DNA of 64,000 nucleotides from Octopus sinensis (GCF_006345805.1 NC_042999.1:74462001-74526000); one strand, 5' to 3'. Counted from the stretch's first letter, positions 25,270-40,135 are shown. Numbers and translations are program-made. Notes: a model not told the origin generated them from the letters alone.

Positions 25270-26855
25270 TTTTGCATATAAGAATTTGTTCACTATCCAA
25301 CAATAGTTGGTCATCATATGACCATTCAATCTGCCCTCATATCTTCTTTCCATCTCCTTTATGTCTTGATGAAACCTTCCCCCTGCTCCTCACTCACATC
25401 CTCAGATTTTCCAGAAAGAAATCCAAATGGATATGTAGGAAATTAACTTTAATGCTCATTCTATATCATAATGTCTTAAACTTTGCCAGCATTCTTGCCA
25501 CTATACCTTTGTAGTTTGTATCCCTATGATTACCCTAGAAATTCTTCACTATATCTTTAAAACTAATGCTTGCATATTTTTTGAGAATCACTAAAAGAGT
25601 TTCCAAATTTTCATACTTGATGAGCTTCCTCATATCTGGTCCCACAAGTACACCCTTTTCATCCTTGGTGTCTGATAGGGGAGGAAACTTGCTATGCAAA
25701 TATTTGAAGCTCTCTCCATCTTGTGGCAAAACTTCTATGAACTGCTTCATGAGATCAAGTTTTATATACAGTGGAGCAAAAGAACCCTTTTTGGAACCAA
25801 ACTTTCTTGGAGGACATACTTTGTTCCTGGTCTAAGCGTAGTCCTACATGGCCATCTTTTTTAAACCAGTGGAGGTTCCTGGAACTATTGTCCCATCCAC
25901 ATAAGGAACAAAGAAACTTTGTGTAGCCTGACTATTATCCAAGCAACATACAAATTATTTTCAAGTTGTTCTAAATCATCCAGTTGTGATCTTTGAATTT
26001 AATCTTGTTTAAGAGTGACATCAAAATTTTCATGTTTTCTTCATGGTCATTGAGTGTCCAGCAGGGATGTTATGCAGTAGAACAACTTTAAGATATCTTT
26101 TTGAAGAATCAATAAAGGGTCTCCATTAAACAGTGTTGTAACTAGTGCCAAACTTTTTTATTTGTCCTCATGGAACTGTACAATAAATCAATTTTTTTTT
26201 TTTTTGAAATAAGAAACAAATTCTTTTCTGCTGTTATGATACCTATACAATGATGCATGAGGAGCTAAAAGATTTTTGGATTTCAGTCTGGAACCTAAAA
26301 GCTCTGCTGACTCCTTTGCAAGCCCTGAGTCCCTCACCAGATTGTTTAATTCACCCTAATTAAATAATTGAGGTTCTTCATCTTCACTATTATTGAAGTC
26401 TTCATCATCGTTGCTATTTCTGCCTTATGACTTAGAACTCAAACGTATGTCTTCAAGGTTACCTGCTGGTGATGGGACTGGAACATCTGCTCCATGGGCA
26501 ACAGGCTTCAATGCAGATGAGAGACTTGGATAAACAATGTTTTTCCCACTCATCAGATTGTGTCCTTGCGCCTTACTTGATTAAAAGTATTAGTCATCGC
26601 TGTGATTTTATGCTCTATCCATATTATTGGAATCCCAAAACGAAAGGATTTCTCAGTAAATTTGTCCATTGACTTAGTTCCTCATCATAAAATAAACAGG
26701 CCACTTCATGTATTAATCTCTTAATTTCACACCAAAGTTGGCATAGTAAAATTTTTTGATGACATTGGTAATGTTTTTCTGGTGTAGCTTAGTCATAAAT
26801 TTGCTGCAACTGTAACTAAAGTTATTCAGTCTTTTTGCACATTTATAAGACATCC
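25270..26855 (-). mobile_element. Fossil DNA transposase, Chapaev3/CACTA-like
   Basis: N-terminal MSYKC..NNFSYSCSKF..NIT..KKFYYANFGVKL, LMKQF..GESFKYL..KFP.LS..GVLVGPDMRKL and FLHIHLDFF.ENL..SEEQGE.FHQDI remnants, with many stops. Family name is from recall. Confidence 0.65.
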
Positions 26856-27009
26856 TTACTTCAGATGATATGGAGGCCTGTAAGGAAAGGGGAAGGGGAT
26901 ATTTTTTAACAGTATATATTTGATTTACCATCAAAATACATACATATCATTAAAGAAGCAATGAAATATAACTAATGATACAGTAAAACAATATATATAG
27001 TATGTATGT

Positions 27010-30000
27010 TTGTTGGTAGTCTATTGGTGTCTGGCAATGACAAAATCTATGTTCTCAGTGATGAGAGTAATGTGATTCCGCAGTTCAAAGCTGGAAACAC
27101 ACAGGCACTCATAGATATTACAGTGTAATCTGTTGACTGAATTGAGATGGATGCTGAACTGTGACATTTTTGTTTTGCAGCATCAAGTCCTCTTCAAAGG
27201 CAGTTGCTGCTCTTGAAGTGAGATACCTCCACGTTGAACTGTCTGTGGCAGAAGCTTCAAGTTCATGTGGACCAAAGCTGCTGCATTTGAGGTTGCTTTT
27301 CAGAATGTCTTTGTACCTCAGCTAAGGTCTTCCTTGTTTGCATGAGGTCACCATACAACAGCTGGCTGGGTACACAGTGGTCATCGGAATAACTGATGAC
27401 ATACCAGTCCAGTGCAAATGAACCTTCAACAACATTGACTTAACGTTTGTTGAACTAGCTCTGTCCAGCACTTCTTGGTTTGTCACTCTGTCCTGCCAGT
27501 GAATGCCCATGATTCTGCATAGTCTCCTTGTGTGAAACTGTTTCAGCTGTTTGATGTGCCAGTGATATGGGGTTCATGTTTCGCATCAATAGAATAGTAT
27601 AGAGATGACTACAGCCTGGTCAATTGTCGACCTCATAGACAGTCTGATGCCTTTCTGCTGGAGGACTTTCACTTTCAATCCTCCAAGTACTTGGCTAGTT
27701 TTGTGGACTCTGAATAAGATTTCACTGTCTTATGATGCATTGACTGATATTGTGCAACCAAAGTACTTGAAAATCATCACACACTTAAGCTGGTCTCTCT
27801 CAATGGTGATGTTTGGCTGGAGGTGAATTGTGTTCAGAGCTGCTTGGGCTACAACCTCTATTTGCTCAAGACTCATGGTCAGTCCAAAGAGCCTTGACCC
27901 TTCTGCAAGGTTGTTAACAATGGTCTGCAGGCGATTTTGCTTTATGTGCCATAAGGGCAAAGTCATCTGCAAATAGGGCTTCAGTAATGGACTTTTCACT
28001 GTCTTGGTTGAAGCAGAGAGTTGGTGGTGGTCAAAAGCAGAGCTGCTTGAGTAATATCTAATGTATACACACCCAGGTCTAAGTCTTACACTGTGCAAAG
28101 TAGGACCTGTGTGAAGAACAAGTTGAACAATGTGGGGGTGAGTATGCAGCCCTGATTCACATCATTGGGGATATTGAAAGAGTTGGTGCAGTCATCATTG
28201 CAGAGAACTTGACTAGTAATATTATCATGAATCTTATCAGTATGGTGACCGTGTGTGGGCAGCCCAGCTTAGGATTGTTCACAAAGCTTCTCTCTTGACT
28301 GTGTCAAAAGCTTTGGTCTGGTCTATGAACATGGAATACAAATTTATCTGTTGTTCAATACACTTCTCCTTGACATAACACACAGCAAACTCCATGTCTA
28401 TGGTGCTGCAACCAGGGCAGAAGCCACACTGGGGTTCAGGCAAGTTGCTCTCAGAGATGTTGGTGAGGAGCCTGTTGAAGAGGATGCAGGTCAGGATTTT
28501 TTCAGCAATGGAAACCAGGGAAATGCTCCAATTCCTGCAGTCTGATTTGGCCCCTTCGTTCTTGTACAGTGTAACTATGGTGGTGTCTTGGAAGTCAGCT
28601 AGTATACACTTTTCCTCCCAAATGGATGCAAAGATATCATGGAATGCACTGAAAGCTGTGGTACCAAGTGCCTTGTACGGTTTTGCAGGAATTCTGTCTG
28701 CTCCCAGAGCCTTGCCACAGTTCATTTTTTTAATGGCAGTCTTGGCCTCATTTACACTAAGCAGCAAGTCAAGGTCTTTGTGTAGAGTCTTCTGAGGTAT
28801 TTGCTGCTATGTTTCCTGGTTGACAGTGGACAGCCAGTTTAGGTGTCGGTTCAAGTGCTCCTCTCACCTTGCCCTGATTCCTTCTTTGTTGTTGATGATT
28901 GTTGAGCCATCAGCAGATGTCAGGGAGCTGTAGATGGGTTTGATAGCACTGTACAGCATCTTGGAGTTGTTGGTTTCAGTGCAGAGCTGCACTTCTTCAG
29001 CTTCCAGCTGTCACCATCAATCTTGCATATTGTGAAGCTTCCTCAGGGGTCTGGTTTGCCAGTCACACCATGTGGGTCAGTTTGGATGATTCTGGCAATC
29101 ATGTAAACCTTTCTCTTATCATCTGACTGTGCCTGTATTGCTTTATTATCATCATTAAAACAGTCCTGAAGAAGCTTTTCCTTTGAGCCTAGAACTATTT
29201 TGGCTGTCTTTGAACTGACTTCTTTGAACTGGTTCCACTTTTCCTCTGATTCACCGGTTAGTGGTCCTATTGCCTTGAACTTGATTTCAAGTTTAGGCTG
29301 GAACTCTTGCTGGTATTTGGTTGAAAGTAGTCTGTGTTGAAGGCCAGTCTAATAAGCTTTGGGCGCTTGTGGTGCTGGGGAACTATGTGGATGTTGAGCA
29401 TGGATCTTACGAGTCTATGATCTGTCCAGCACTCTGCTTCATGCATTGCCTTGGTGATGAGGATATCACTGCTGTCATGCTGGTGGGTGATTATGTAATC
29501 AATAATTTTCCCGTTTTGAATATGCATACATCCATGATGTCTTATACTTAATCAGCCTGCCAGAAGTTGGTGTTGGTAATCAGCAGGTTGTGCTCGATGT
29601 ATCTGCTCAGCAAAAGAAGTCCATTGCTATTGATCTTCTCATCTCCCTGCTTCCCTATAACTCCTCTCCAGTGCTCCTCATCTCTGCTGACTCTGGTGTT
29701 GAGTTGCCTAGTATTACAAGCTTGTCATTAGCAGGCATGTCAGATAGAGCAGCATCCAGATCAGCATAGAATTGCTCTCTGATCTCTTATGTGCACATCA
29801 TTGTAGGGGCATACACACTTATGATGATAATGAATTGTTTGTTGCTGACAGGGAGGCAAAGTTTCAGAAGCCTTTCATTTGCACCTGTGGGAAGACAGGG
29901 AATCTGTTTTAGGAGACTCCAACTCCATGTATTTTGTCCTCATGTAGAGCCTTACCTTTACAGAAGAATGTGTAGCTGCTATCTGATTCTGTCAGCGACC

Positions 30001-30855
30001 CTTCCCTGGCCTGTTGAGTTTCACTAATTGCTGCTATGTTGATATTGTACCAATAACTAGGTTTTCCTTTCTCAATTTAGACTGACCACAAATGGATAAA
30101 TCTATCAGCTGCAGTTAACTGGCCAGAACTGTTTAGGGCAAGTTTTCATTAGGCCACCTTTTCTAGGCCTTCCCTTCCTAGGATGAGCAGTGCTGTTCTG
30201 AAGAAGCTACTCACCCACCAGGGAAGCTGCCAAAGTTCTTTGCTGTCCAATATGAAGAACAGCAACCATGCAGGCTTGTGACTAAAATTTCTAGTGGTCA
30301 CCTTCAACTGTCCCTTTCACCACTTTTCCATTGCCACAGGACTTAAGGTTGACAGTTGGAAGGCTGAAAAGCACAGACACCTGTGCATGAATTTGTTTTA
30401 AGTGGGAGATCCATTGCATAGAGGCCAATACCACTTGCTCAGCAGAAAGAACCTTGATTCAGGAGCAAAGAAAAGTATTAAAGCTGGTTACCCTTCCTGG
30501 TGCAGTGGATGGCCAGGGTTCTATAGTGTTTTGTCATGTTCTAGGCACTCTACAACTCCCGCTGGTATTGCCTTTCTCTCTGTTGGACCTCACTGGTGGT
30601 TTCCTCTACCCAGTATGCCAGAACCAGTCTTCACATGCATGGGTAGACAACCCATATCTCGCTGAGGGTTTGAGACCCACAGGCTACACTCAGCTGGTTT
30701 AGCTCACCAGTCAAAGTGTGTCCAATGTACATGCAGACAGCTACATGGAGCCGCAGGTGAGAGCTGAGTACCTGGTGGGTACCAAGGTGAATGAGTCACT
30801 CCTAAGAAGCATGAGTAGCCTCTCCAACTAGAGGTACTATCCTTCCCTCAATGCC
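27010..30855 (-). mobile_element. RTE-clade (BovB-like) LINE family B, near full length, degenerate
   Basis: 5' UTR about 30100-30855; APE endonuclease (SVYAPT, LITNTNF, IDYII, CWTDHRLV); RT (GKALGADRIP, LPEPQCGF, DQTKAFDTV, FKYFG); C-terminal IMGIHWQDRVTN.EVL. Confidence 0.87.
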
Positions 30856-30880
30856 CCAAGGGTATATAAAAGGAATTATA

Positions 30881-31285
30881 TACTCTTTACTCTTTTACTT
30901 GTTTCAGTCACTTGACTGCGGCCATGCTGGAGCACTGCCTTTAGTCGAGCAACGACTTATTCTTTGTAAGCCTAGTACTTATTCTATTGGTCTCTTTTGC
31001 CAAACAACTAAGTTACGGGGACGTAAACACATCACTATCAGTTGTCAAGCAATGTTGGGGGACAAACACAAACACATAAATACACACACACACACACACA
31101 CACATACATATATACATATATACGACGGGCTTCTTTCAGTTTCTGTCTACCAAATCCACTTACAAGGCTTTGGTCAGTCCGAGGCTATAGTAGAAGACAC
31201 TTGCCCAAGGTGCCACGAAGTGGGAATGAACCCGGAACCATGTGGTTGGTAAGTAAGCTACTTACCACACAGCCACTCCTGCAAC
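30881..31285 (-). mobile_element. tRNA-derived SINE (family of 47696-48105)
   Basis: High similarity to 47696-48105 in reverse orientation; (AAAGAGT)-type tail. Confidence 0.92.
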
Positions 31286-32711
31286 TAGTATATGTATAAA
31301 TATAAATATAAAACTATAAAAGGAATATAATAGAATATAAAAATATTAAAATAAGAATATAAAAATATAAACATAAAAGGAAGTTTAAAAGTATACAATA
31401 TATATACCTACACACACCCACATGTACATAAATAAACAACACACTTCTATATATTGTTGAATGGCAATGGACTACTCATAGGTTCTTCCACCTTTTGGTG
31501 AGTCTTACTTTTTGTCCTACAGGGTGTCCAACAATCACCCTCTTCACCAAGCAAACTCAGTGGTTGCCAGTTTAGTTGCCGATGAACCGACCATGTGATC
31601 GGTTGTATTGGGTTATATATCACCAACAGTGCTCAAGTGCAACCTGATATAAGTATGTAATATATATATACATGAAAACAAGCATAAGGAAATAACTGAA
31701 ATAAAAAAAAGATACATTGTAACCTGAAAACATGGCATTGTAAAGTGCATCTTTCTCTCCTCATAGCTTGTGGGTGACTGAAGCTAGAGATGTAGGCACT
31801 TCTCTGTGTAGCTGAAGCAGTTTATATATTGCCAGATGTTTATTTTCCAAAATAAACTCCTATAAGTTATGCTGTTATAGTGTCTATAGATATGGTGATT
31901 AATCATAATAATAAAAGATAAAGGTCATGTTCAGGCATAATGGTAAAATGCAGTGATCAATTTTCTGTAGAAACTGTAAATGATAGAATAACTTTGAAAA
32001 TTTTGAAATCAGCAGGTAAAAATCAATTACACCCATTACATGAGAAACAACTTTTCGATTGTAGACCTGTGAAATTAATAAATAGAAAATTGAGGATAAT
32101 TTCTGGAATTTTCAAACTGCCAATCTAATGATTTTAGTATTTCATCATCGTTACTGTCAGCTGAGAACCATGCCCTGCCCTTTTGAAACACATCATTATC
32201 ATTTCCCACTTAATATCTTTAATTCTCAACTGTTACTAAGTCATTTTCTGAATATGTTTGCTCAAATTCTTACTGATCTTATGATCACTTGTAAACAATC
32301 AATGCTTTAGTCTTTTGTTAAAGGTAGTGTTCAGGTGTGATCAATTTCATAGTTGAAAAATAGGTAAAATGCTTAAAAACTCATAAAACAACATTATCAG
32401 CAAACAAACATTTGTAAACAATCTAATTATGCACCGACAACATAACTTTATTTTCAATTTGACAAGATTTTCAACACAATTCCTACTAATTTGGTTGAAT
32501 GTCAAGTTAGAAATTCCTGGTAAAAAAGGAATACAGAAGGTTGATCAAAGTTTTACCAAATATAGACTGACTAATGTAATCTTATAAAATTATCCAGAGC
32601 AGCAATGGACCTGTGCACACTACACAAACATGAAAGTCTAATAAACAAAACATTTCTATTTAGTTTGATATAACCAGAATTTCTAAAACTAGAGTAAATT
32701 TAAAAACTTAC

Positions 32712-33029
32712 CTAATTGTGGACAATTATTTTCTCTGATGTAGACATAATCAAGTAAAACTCCACACACTCCATAGCTTACACTTTGTGCCTGGAAAACG
32801 AGTTTTGTAATCTCTTGCTGAATATACACTTGAGCTATTCCCCATGGAGTTGTATCATCACTCACCATACTTAAAATAGTGTTGTTGTTAAAGGCATTAT
32901 AGATGGCCAGCTTGCAATTTTTGTTGATTATCTTATATCTAATTTGTACACAGCTGTTGGTGATATTTTCAGTTGGAGATGCCAACGTGCTTTCATGATA
33001 GTAGGAGAGTGTAGTTTGCATATAAAAGC
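32712..33029 (-). CDS. Host gene exon F: C-terminal part of MAM domain 3
   Basis: Acceptor ttttctctag|GC, donor TTAG|gtaagt; 318 nt, phase 1-1. Reads GFYMQ..LASP..SCVQIRY..WGIAQV..LVFQA..VLLDYVYIRENNCPQL. Confidence 0.9.
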
Positions 33030-34368
33030 CTAGAGAAAAAAAATTAAAAATTTTATTCAATTTGTAACATAGACATACTGAATGTGATTTAATTCATCTT
33101 AAAATAGTAAAAAATACTTTCTCTGAAAATTGGTAATAATTATTAGTTTCACCTTCTGAAACGTTTTATTACAACATACAGACAGATATTTGGATTGTGA
33201 GAGTATATTCTACAACTGACAGGAGATCACTTGAAGAATCTGAATTCTTTGTACCTATTTATAGTTAAGAATACTCAGGCATTTTGGAGTTAAGTACATT
33301 GGTCATGAATACTATGTTGTATCAATGATAGGATACAAAGGACTGTACTCTCAACTGAATGACTGATAATTAATCAAAATAGTCTACCATAGTCTCCTTT
33401 AACTATTCTTTGTATGGAACCTATTTGCAGCTGGGAGAGCTAAGTATCTTAATTATGGATATAGCACAGCGGTGGTGATAGAAACCAGCTGAAAATACTT
33501 TCACTTGTATGATGATGCCTTATTGATTAGGTCTGCTGCAAAAATCCAAATAACTGCTGATCCAAGTCATTTGTTGATTTTCTTTTTTTTTAGCAATAAA
33601 AAATAATAGGAACAATATAAAAGGAACACAAACAAATAAATGTTTGTTGTGTGAAGAGTCTTTTCTTTTAGTGTTTCTCAGCATTTTTGTACACAGCATG
33701 TATTTACGTGTGCATGATGTTGTTGTTTCCTTGGTTGGCATTAGGAATGGAATCCAGCCATAGACACCAAGTAAAATCACATTGGAACTTGGTGTAGTTC
33801 TCCAGCTTGCCAGTTCTGGTCAAACTGCCCAATCCAAGTCATTTTAAAATGTCTGTTTTATGATGACAATGATGCGGATGATGCATGCATGTATGTGCAT
33901 ATGTTCATGTGTATAGCAAATATATGCAATCAGTGAAACTGATATCCTTCACAAAATTAAAACTGTTTGTCAAATATGTAGATCTTTAAGAGTCAAAGAT
34001 GCAATTTCCTTTTAATGATAAACTGATAAGTGATATAAAATGATATAGAAGTTATATAAGAGCATAAACATCAAAATACCTCAAAGCGATAAATGGTGCA
34101 AACCAAACAAAAAAAAACAAAACAAAATATTTATCAAGGCTTCAATGAGAATTTACCTATGTCCATGCAAAAATATTAATAATGTAGGAAGGTTTGAACA
34201 AGTAATTGAATCTTAGCTTTAGACTCAGTTTTCCACAAGTTTACTTCTTTATATTTCAAGCCCAAAAATCAAAGATAACTAACTGAACACATAAGTCTGC
34301 TGATAAATATACATTCATCAGAAATAAAAGAAGGCTCATGCAATATAAAATAAAGAATAATTACTTAC

Positions 34369-34479
34369 CATCTGTTAGGTTAGTATCATTTCTTGAATTT
34401 ATTCTTTCCCATGCTGGGTAGTAAGTTAAGTTGCTATACTGGCATGTGCCTTCTGTGAAACCACAGGAAATATTTCTGT
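34369..34479 (-). CDS. Host gene exon E: N-terminal part of MAM domain 3
   Basis: Not in the ORF track. Acceptor ttttcattaaag|AC, donor GATG|gtaagt; 111 nt, phase 1-1. Reads DRNISCGFTEGTCQYSNLTYYPAWERINSRNDTNLTD. Confidence 0.85.
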
Positions 34480-36744
34480 CTTTAATGAAAACGAGGAAAA
34501 AAATCAACATTATTTACTTCATGTCATAAAATATTCTCAAAACTGAAAAAATAGCTTGTTATTGTATACAACAAATAAACAAAAGCATTGAAATCAGAAA
34601 AGAATGAGGTGAGCACGATCCTTTTGATGTGTAATATTAACTTAAGAGAGGAGAATCAGTAAGTTGCCAAAGACATTAATCAGTCTGATGTTTCCTGCCT
34701 GTCTGTGAGCCCTATCTTAGTCAATCATGCAGATCAAAAATTTGTAAGTTGGGTAGTCAACCATTTTAAACTGAGGACTACCTACTGGATCTCTATTCAC
34801 TATACTAATGAATACTCTATCTAGGTATGATCTCGCTGACACACTATGGTTGTTTCATGATGTCATATTTGGGAAATCCAGCTAGTAGATATTGGAAAGG
34901 TCTGATCTGGTTTTGATGCTTTAGCATCACTTCTAAAGGATTAACCCTATACAGTCTTAGTAAGCATCTAAAATATGGAATTATAACAAACAGAAGGCTG
35001 TTTACAACTTGCTACAATTCATTGATAATTTTATTGATAGAGTCAAGCCCAAGAAATCAAAAGGAAATATTGTTTTAGAATCATATCAGTTGCCTTTATT
35101 TTGTATTTCCTTATACAGTATTCATAAATTGTTTATGCAAATCACTACCTTGTTAATAAGTGTTTCTCTTTCTTTAATTAATCATTAAAATGTTGCTGAT
35201 TTGTTGTTTCATTTATAAGAACCACAAGAAATTATTGATGCAATTTTGGCTTTTTGTCATGTATCTTCGATCATAAATGTTATATGTTGTAAATAGCTGT
35301 ACATTTATGTTTCATTTGTATATAAAAAACTATAGTTAATCAACTACAACTATCAACAACATCAGTAGTTACTAGCTCAATAGTAAACAGTTGTAGTTGT
35401 TAACTTTAGATCCCTTATGTCTTATAAGTCCTCTCTTTTATTAACAATAGTAACACATCTATTAGGCAACTTGTCAAGTGCACAAGTGGTTAGCTGAATT
35501 GTTAGAATGTTGGACATACTGGCTTGTAGTATTTGTTCTAACTCTTTATATTCTGAGTTCAACTTCTACTGAAATCATGTTTGCCTTTTATTCCTCTTGG
35601 GTCAATAAAATAAAGTACAAGTAAAGTAGTGGGGTTGATGTTATCAGCTAAACCCACCCTTCAGAATTGTTGGGCAAAGAAACATAAGAGTAAGTATAAG
35701 AGACATTTGACATGGTGTAGACCTGTGATTAGTAGTAACTTTTGTATTGCTGTATGAGGCTAAATGAAAGGTAACCTGTGGTTGGCAGAGACATCAAAAT
35801 GGACTTGAAAATCCTAAAGACCCCTGAAAACCACAAAGCCATCCTGGAACTGTATCTAGTAAGTAAAGAGGTGCTGAGACAAAGAACTTGTGACTGATGG
35901 TACCAAATAGAAAGCTTAATTGTTACATTTGTCAGAGTAAAATATACCTTAAATCTAAGTGCACAGAAGAACTGGGAAAAGTAATAAAAATCGTCCACAG
36001 CATCAGAAAGAGCAACAAGCCCTAGTTTCCTGAATACCACCAGCCAAAGTTCTGGAGATAGCAAAAGAAATCTCTTTAAGCCCTGTATCACATACAGATG
36101 ATAAAATGCTTTGTCTCCTAACAATGCCATCATGCTATGAAGAAGACATAATTACAGATGAAATTATGAAGGAAAAAAGGAAAAAAATCACAAAAACAAA
36201 CATAAAACAATGGAAACATGAATTGGACGAATTTCTTAAAAACAGTAACAAAATCTCTCATCAGGAGAAAAATGAAGAAAATGCAGAGGTTGAAAATGAA
36301 CTAAGCATCACTATTCTTTAAAAAAATCAAACTAACAGTTGATAGACAGAATTACACACATCTAGTGGCAAGGACTCTCTAAAGAAGTCATAATAATACA
36401 AACACAGTTAGGCACAGAATACAAACAACACACAAAAGATATTTTGTCAAACTTTAAAAAAAAAGAACACTTTCAAGATGTTTGTGTATCTCAGTACCAA
36501 ATATCTCAAAAAAGGGTTTACTGGTGCATCTGGTCATACTAGACTGCAGTTTGAGAAATGGTTATGTGAATAGGCATATAGAGTTTTCAACTCAACCTAG
36601 TCAGGAAATCTTTCATGTCATGTTTCTTTAAACTATATCTTGTTTTAATTACTGTATGTTTTATTGTACATTTTAAATTTATTTCAGAGCAAATACATTG
36701 ATGAGTATTCATATATATATGTATATGTATGAAAATGTGAGTGT

Positions 36745-37345
36745 ATTAGATGAAATGTAGTTTGGGTTTTATGCTGAGGAGGAGCACTACTGATGCTATC
36801 TTTATAGTCAGACAACTGTAGGAGAAATATTTGACTAAGAATAAACCATTGTACTTGGTTCTTGTCGACTTGGAAAAAGCCTTCGACGGAGTACCCCACT
36901 GTGTGATATGGTGAGCTCTGAGGAAGCCAAGGGTAGATGAGTGGGTTTTGAAAGCTGTACATGCCATGTACTGAGGTTCAGTCAGGAAGATGAGCATTAA
37001 CCATGAGTACAGTGACAAATTTAGTGTATAGGTAGGTGTTCATCAGGTATCAGTTCTCAATGCCCTTCTATTCATTGTCTTACAGGCCATAACAGAGGAA
37101 TTCAAGATTGGTTGTCCTTGGCAACTGCTATATGATGATGGTCTTGCTCTTGCAGTAAATTCTGAGACAGAACTAGAAAAGAAAATTCTGGTGTAGAAGC
37201 AAAGCTTGGAATTGAAGGGCCTTAACGTTAACTTAGTAAAGACCAAGATTCTAGTGAGCAAGAAAACAGTCTGGACCCTACCCTCTTTAGGTAAATGGCC
37301 CTACTCAATGTGTAGGAAAGGTGTAAGCGGGAATTTCATATGTAG
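36745..37345 (+). mobile_element. RTE family A, RT fragment
   Basis: DEM.., STTDAIF..RQL.EKY, DLEKAFD, GVHQ.SVL, LLYDD, GKWPYSMC. Confidence 0.8.
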
Positions 37346-37439
37346 TATGTCATTGTTCAACACAGCTTCAGGTCCAATCAAGCTTTCATTCTTGGCTCAA
37401 GCAATAACAGAGGGAAGAGAAATAAAGATTTTAGAATAT

Positions 37440-40110
37440 AGACTAAAAAGACAAGAACCTTATGGAGAGTGTGAACTGTATTGTTTAGTAGTATTTTTTT
37501 TGATTTTGAATTTGCTAGGATTTCCTGGGATATTTTCAGGAAAGCCATTGACTGTTTTTTGCCTTTTATAATGATCCCCAGTGCTCCAATCACAGTTAGC
37601 TTTGCTTCTGTCTTTAGGTGACACATCCTGCTTGTTTCAGTTTCTAGGCTTTTATATTTGGTAATTTTATCATATTCCTTGACAAGTACATTTTGTTAGA
37701 TGGTATAGTCATGTCTGTAAATAGGCTAGTGTTGTTTTTGGTGTGTTTAACAATAATAACTCAGCAGTTGGCATTAATTGTGTGATCAGTATATAGTGTA
37801 AAGTCATAAAGGACAGTGGTGTCATTACTTCTAACTACTGATTTAGGTTGGTGTTCAAACCAGCTTTCCACATGTTTAGCACTGAGGCTTTTGTACAAAG
37901 TCCTGTGAATGTATTGGCCAACTCTGTCGTACCTGGCTTTATATTCTGTTAGAACCAGTGCTGGCCAACCTGGTGGTATATGGTCCAATTATTTCATTAT
38001 GGACATCACAGACTCTACACATGGAGTGTGCTCCATTTTTTAAGATGTCAACTTAATAATGTTTTGTATATAGACTGTAGTCCTAGGCAGCAAGAATGGA
38101 TCCCCTGTTTCTACCTTCAGCCCTGAACTTTACAGCCACTGCTGGGTTTATGATTGATCTATATCAGCTTCCCTGGTGTTGTGTAGGTGTCAGGGGTAGA
38201 CTGAGCTATTGGTCACTCAGGCACTGTTCAAGGGCCTGGAGCTCTGAGGGTCCACCACTCTACATATTAACTATACTGAAACACACATTCAAAGGGGCCC
38301 GGTAAACAATTATGCCCAAGGGTCCTTGATATTCTCAGTCCGCCCAGCTAGGTGTTGACGATTTTTACTGCAATCTGTCTTTCAAGGTTTTAGGTCCTTC
38401 TGCTTTTGCTTTCCTCTTGTGTACTTTGACTGTCTGTGTTGATTTATGTCAGCTTTGTTAGCATTTTATATTTCTGCAAAGTGTTAATCTGCTCTATATT
38501 TCTCAGCTTCTTTGTTTACAGAATGGAGTTTGTTATGGGATTCATGTTCTGTCTCGAACATCCAGTTATGGTTCTTGTTTAAGTACTTCTGCAGATCAAT
38601 TGTAGCTATTTTATGGGAGAGCTCTATTTGGATTACACCTCTTCCACTTTCTTCCCTTGGCAGATAGAAGTGTTCTATATCTGCCTTTGGATGCTGCATT
38701 TAATTGATAGTTGGTAGTGTTCTGGTTTAGTCCATTCTTTGTAGGTCAGCAACGTTCCTGTTGATGACAGTGAAACCATATTATATAACAGGCACTGCTG
38801 AATTGTAAATAGATTCTATGTAGTTTTGGGAGTTCAATTCAGTTTCCAGGATCAACTTTATTCTTCTGTAGTACTCCTTTTGAGTTTTCTCCTTCATTTG
38901 TGTATGCTGAATACCATCATCCTCATTTATGCCATGATATTTATAAATTCTTTCTGGCTCTCATTCTTTCTTGGTTGCTTCTATGTCTGGTTGAATAAAT
39001 AATGTCAGTTTTCCACCTTAGAAGTTGTTTTTGTGCATTTGTCATTATCAAAGTGCATATCATTACTGAACTGCTTTATCATTGCTAAAAGTTTTAATTC
39101 TTAGTTATTCTTAACATACCACTTTAAATTGTTTATAAAATAGAGATGGTTGATCAGACTAGTTTTGTTATTGCTAAGTTTATATCCATACAGAGTGTTG
39201 TTTAGTTCATTTGAAAAAAGAAAAGAGTGCAACACAGAACAAAAGTGGTGAGAGTAAGTCAACTTGGATAATTCTACAGTTTTATTTTATTTTGCCAGAC
39301 TTTATTGTTGTGGTTAAGACAAAGGGTTTTTGTGCACCAGGCTATATTATATCAGAGAAAATCTGAGATAGCTGAAAGGATTTTGTTTTTGTTAAGAGCT
39401 TTCAATATTCACTTATGTCAAAAGATTTCATGTAGCTTATCCATGCAGTATTCAAATTATTATTTTTTTTCTTGTGACAGTTTTCAAGAATCACCCTATT
39501 AATGTGAAACTGATATTTAGACCCATAGGAATTTAGTTTACTACATTTTTGTTATGGTATGACTGTGTTTTCTTCAAGAAAGGTGTACATTCTTTCTGTT
39601 AGTAGAGTCCTAAATCTGGTAAGTTTTGATGAGACTTATAATGGGTTTATAGTTTCTTAGGTTTTTAGCTTGCTTTGTTTTGGAAAGGAGATACATGGTG
39701 CCTTTTGTCAATCACTTTGGAGATTTATCAAGATTCTAAATAATGGTATTGAGTATTACCTTATGGATACCTGTAAGTGCATGCAACAAGTAAGTTGGCA
39801 TTTGGTCTATTCCTGGTATATTCCATTTGTATGCTTTACTGAGGACCTGTCTCAGTTGTGGCCACTCTTAATTGTTTCCACCTCTGTTGTCCAACTTCCT
39901 ACATTATTTCATAGTCTCTATTGATACAGGATGCTTCCCCACTGTATTCCTTTTAATTTGCTTCAAATGTTCTTCCAGAATTTCTCATCTTTCTCTGCTT
40001 GGTTGTTACTTTACTTCTACTTGCTGTTTCTCTGATTCTCTGTAGAACTTCTAGGTATCCAACTGGAAAATTTTGTTTTTCTATAAAACTTATTTCTCTC
40101 AACAAACACA
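37440..40110 (-). mobile_element. Old degenerate R4/Dong-clade element (closest to family 1)
   Basis: MQHPKADIEHFYLPREESGRGVIQIEL, EYKARYDRVGQYIH, VLYDFTLYTDHTINAN and VIGALG remnants in collinear order. Confidence 0.8.
38191..38347. mobile_element. hAT-type MITE nested in the R4 fossil
   Basis: TIRs CAGGGGTAGACTGAG / CTCAGTCCGCCCAG; flanking 8-mers gtaggtgt / ctaggtgt (7 of 8 identical). Confidence 0.75.
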
Positions 40111-40135
40111 CAAGCCCAATGTGCTTTAACTTGAA

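Noticed and set aside
27049-27060. TGTTCTCAGTG as the far TIR of the Chapaev3-like fossil
   Set aside because: It falls within the 3' end of the adjacent RTE/BovB-like LINE; probably coincidental.
35700-36330. Possible decayed LINE C-terminus (WKHELDEFLK)
   Set aside because: Too degenerate to assign without a search.
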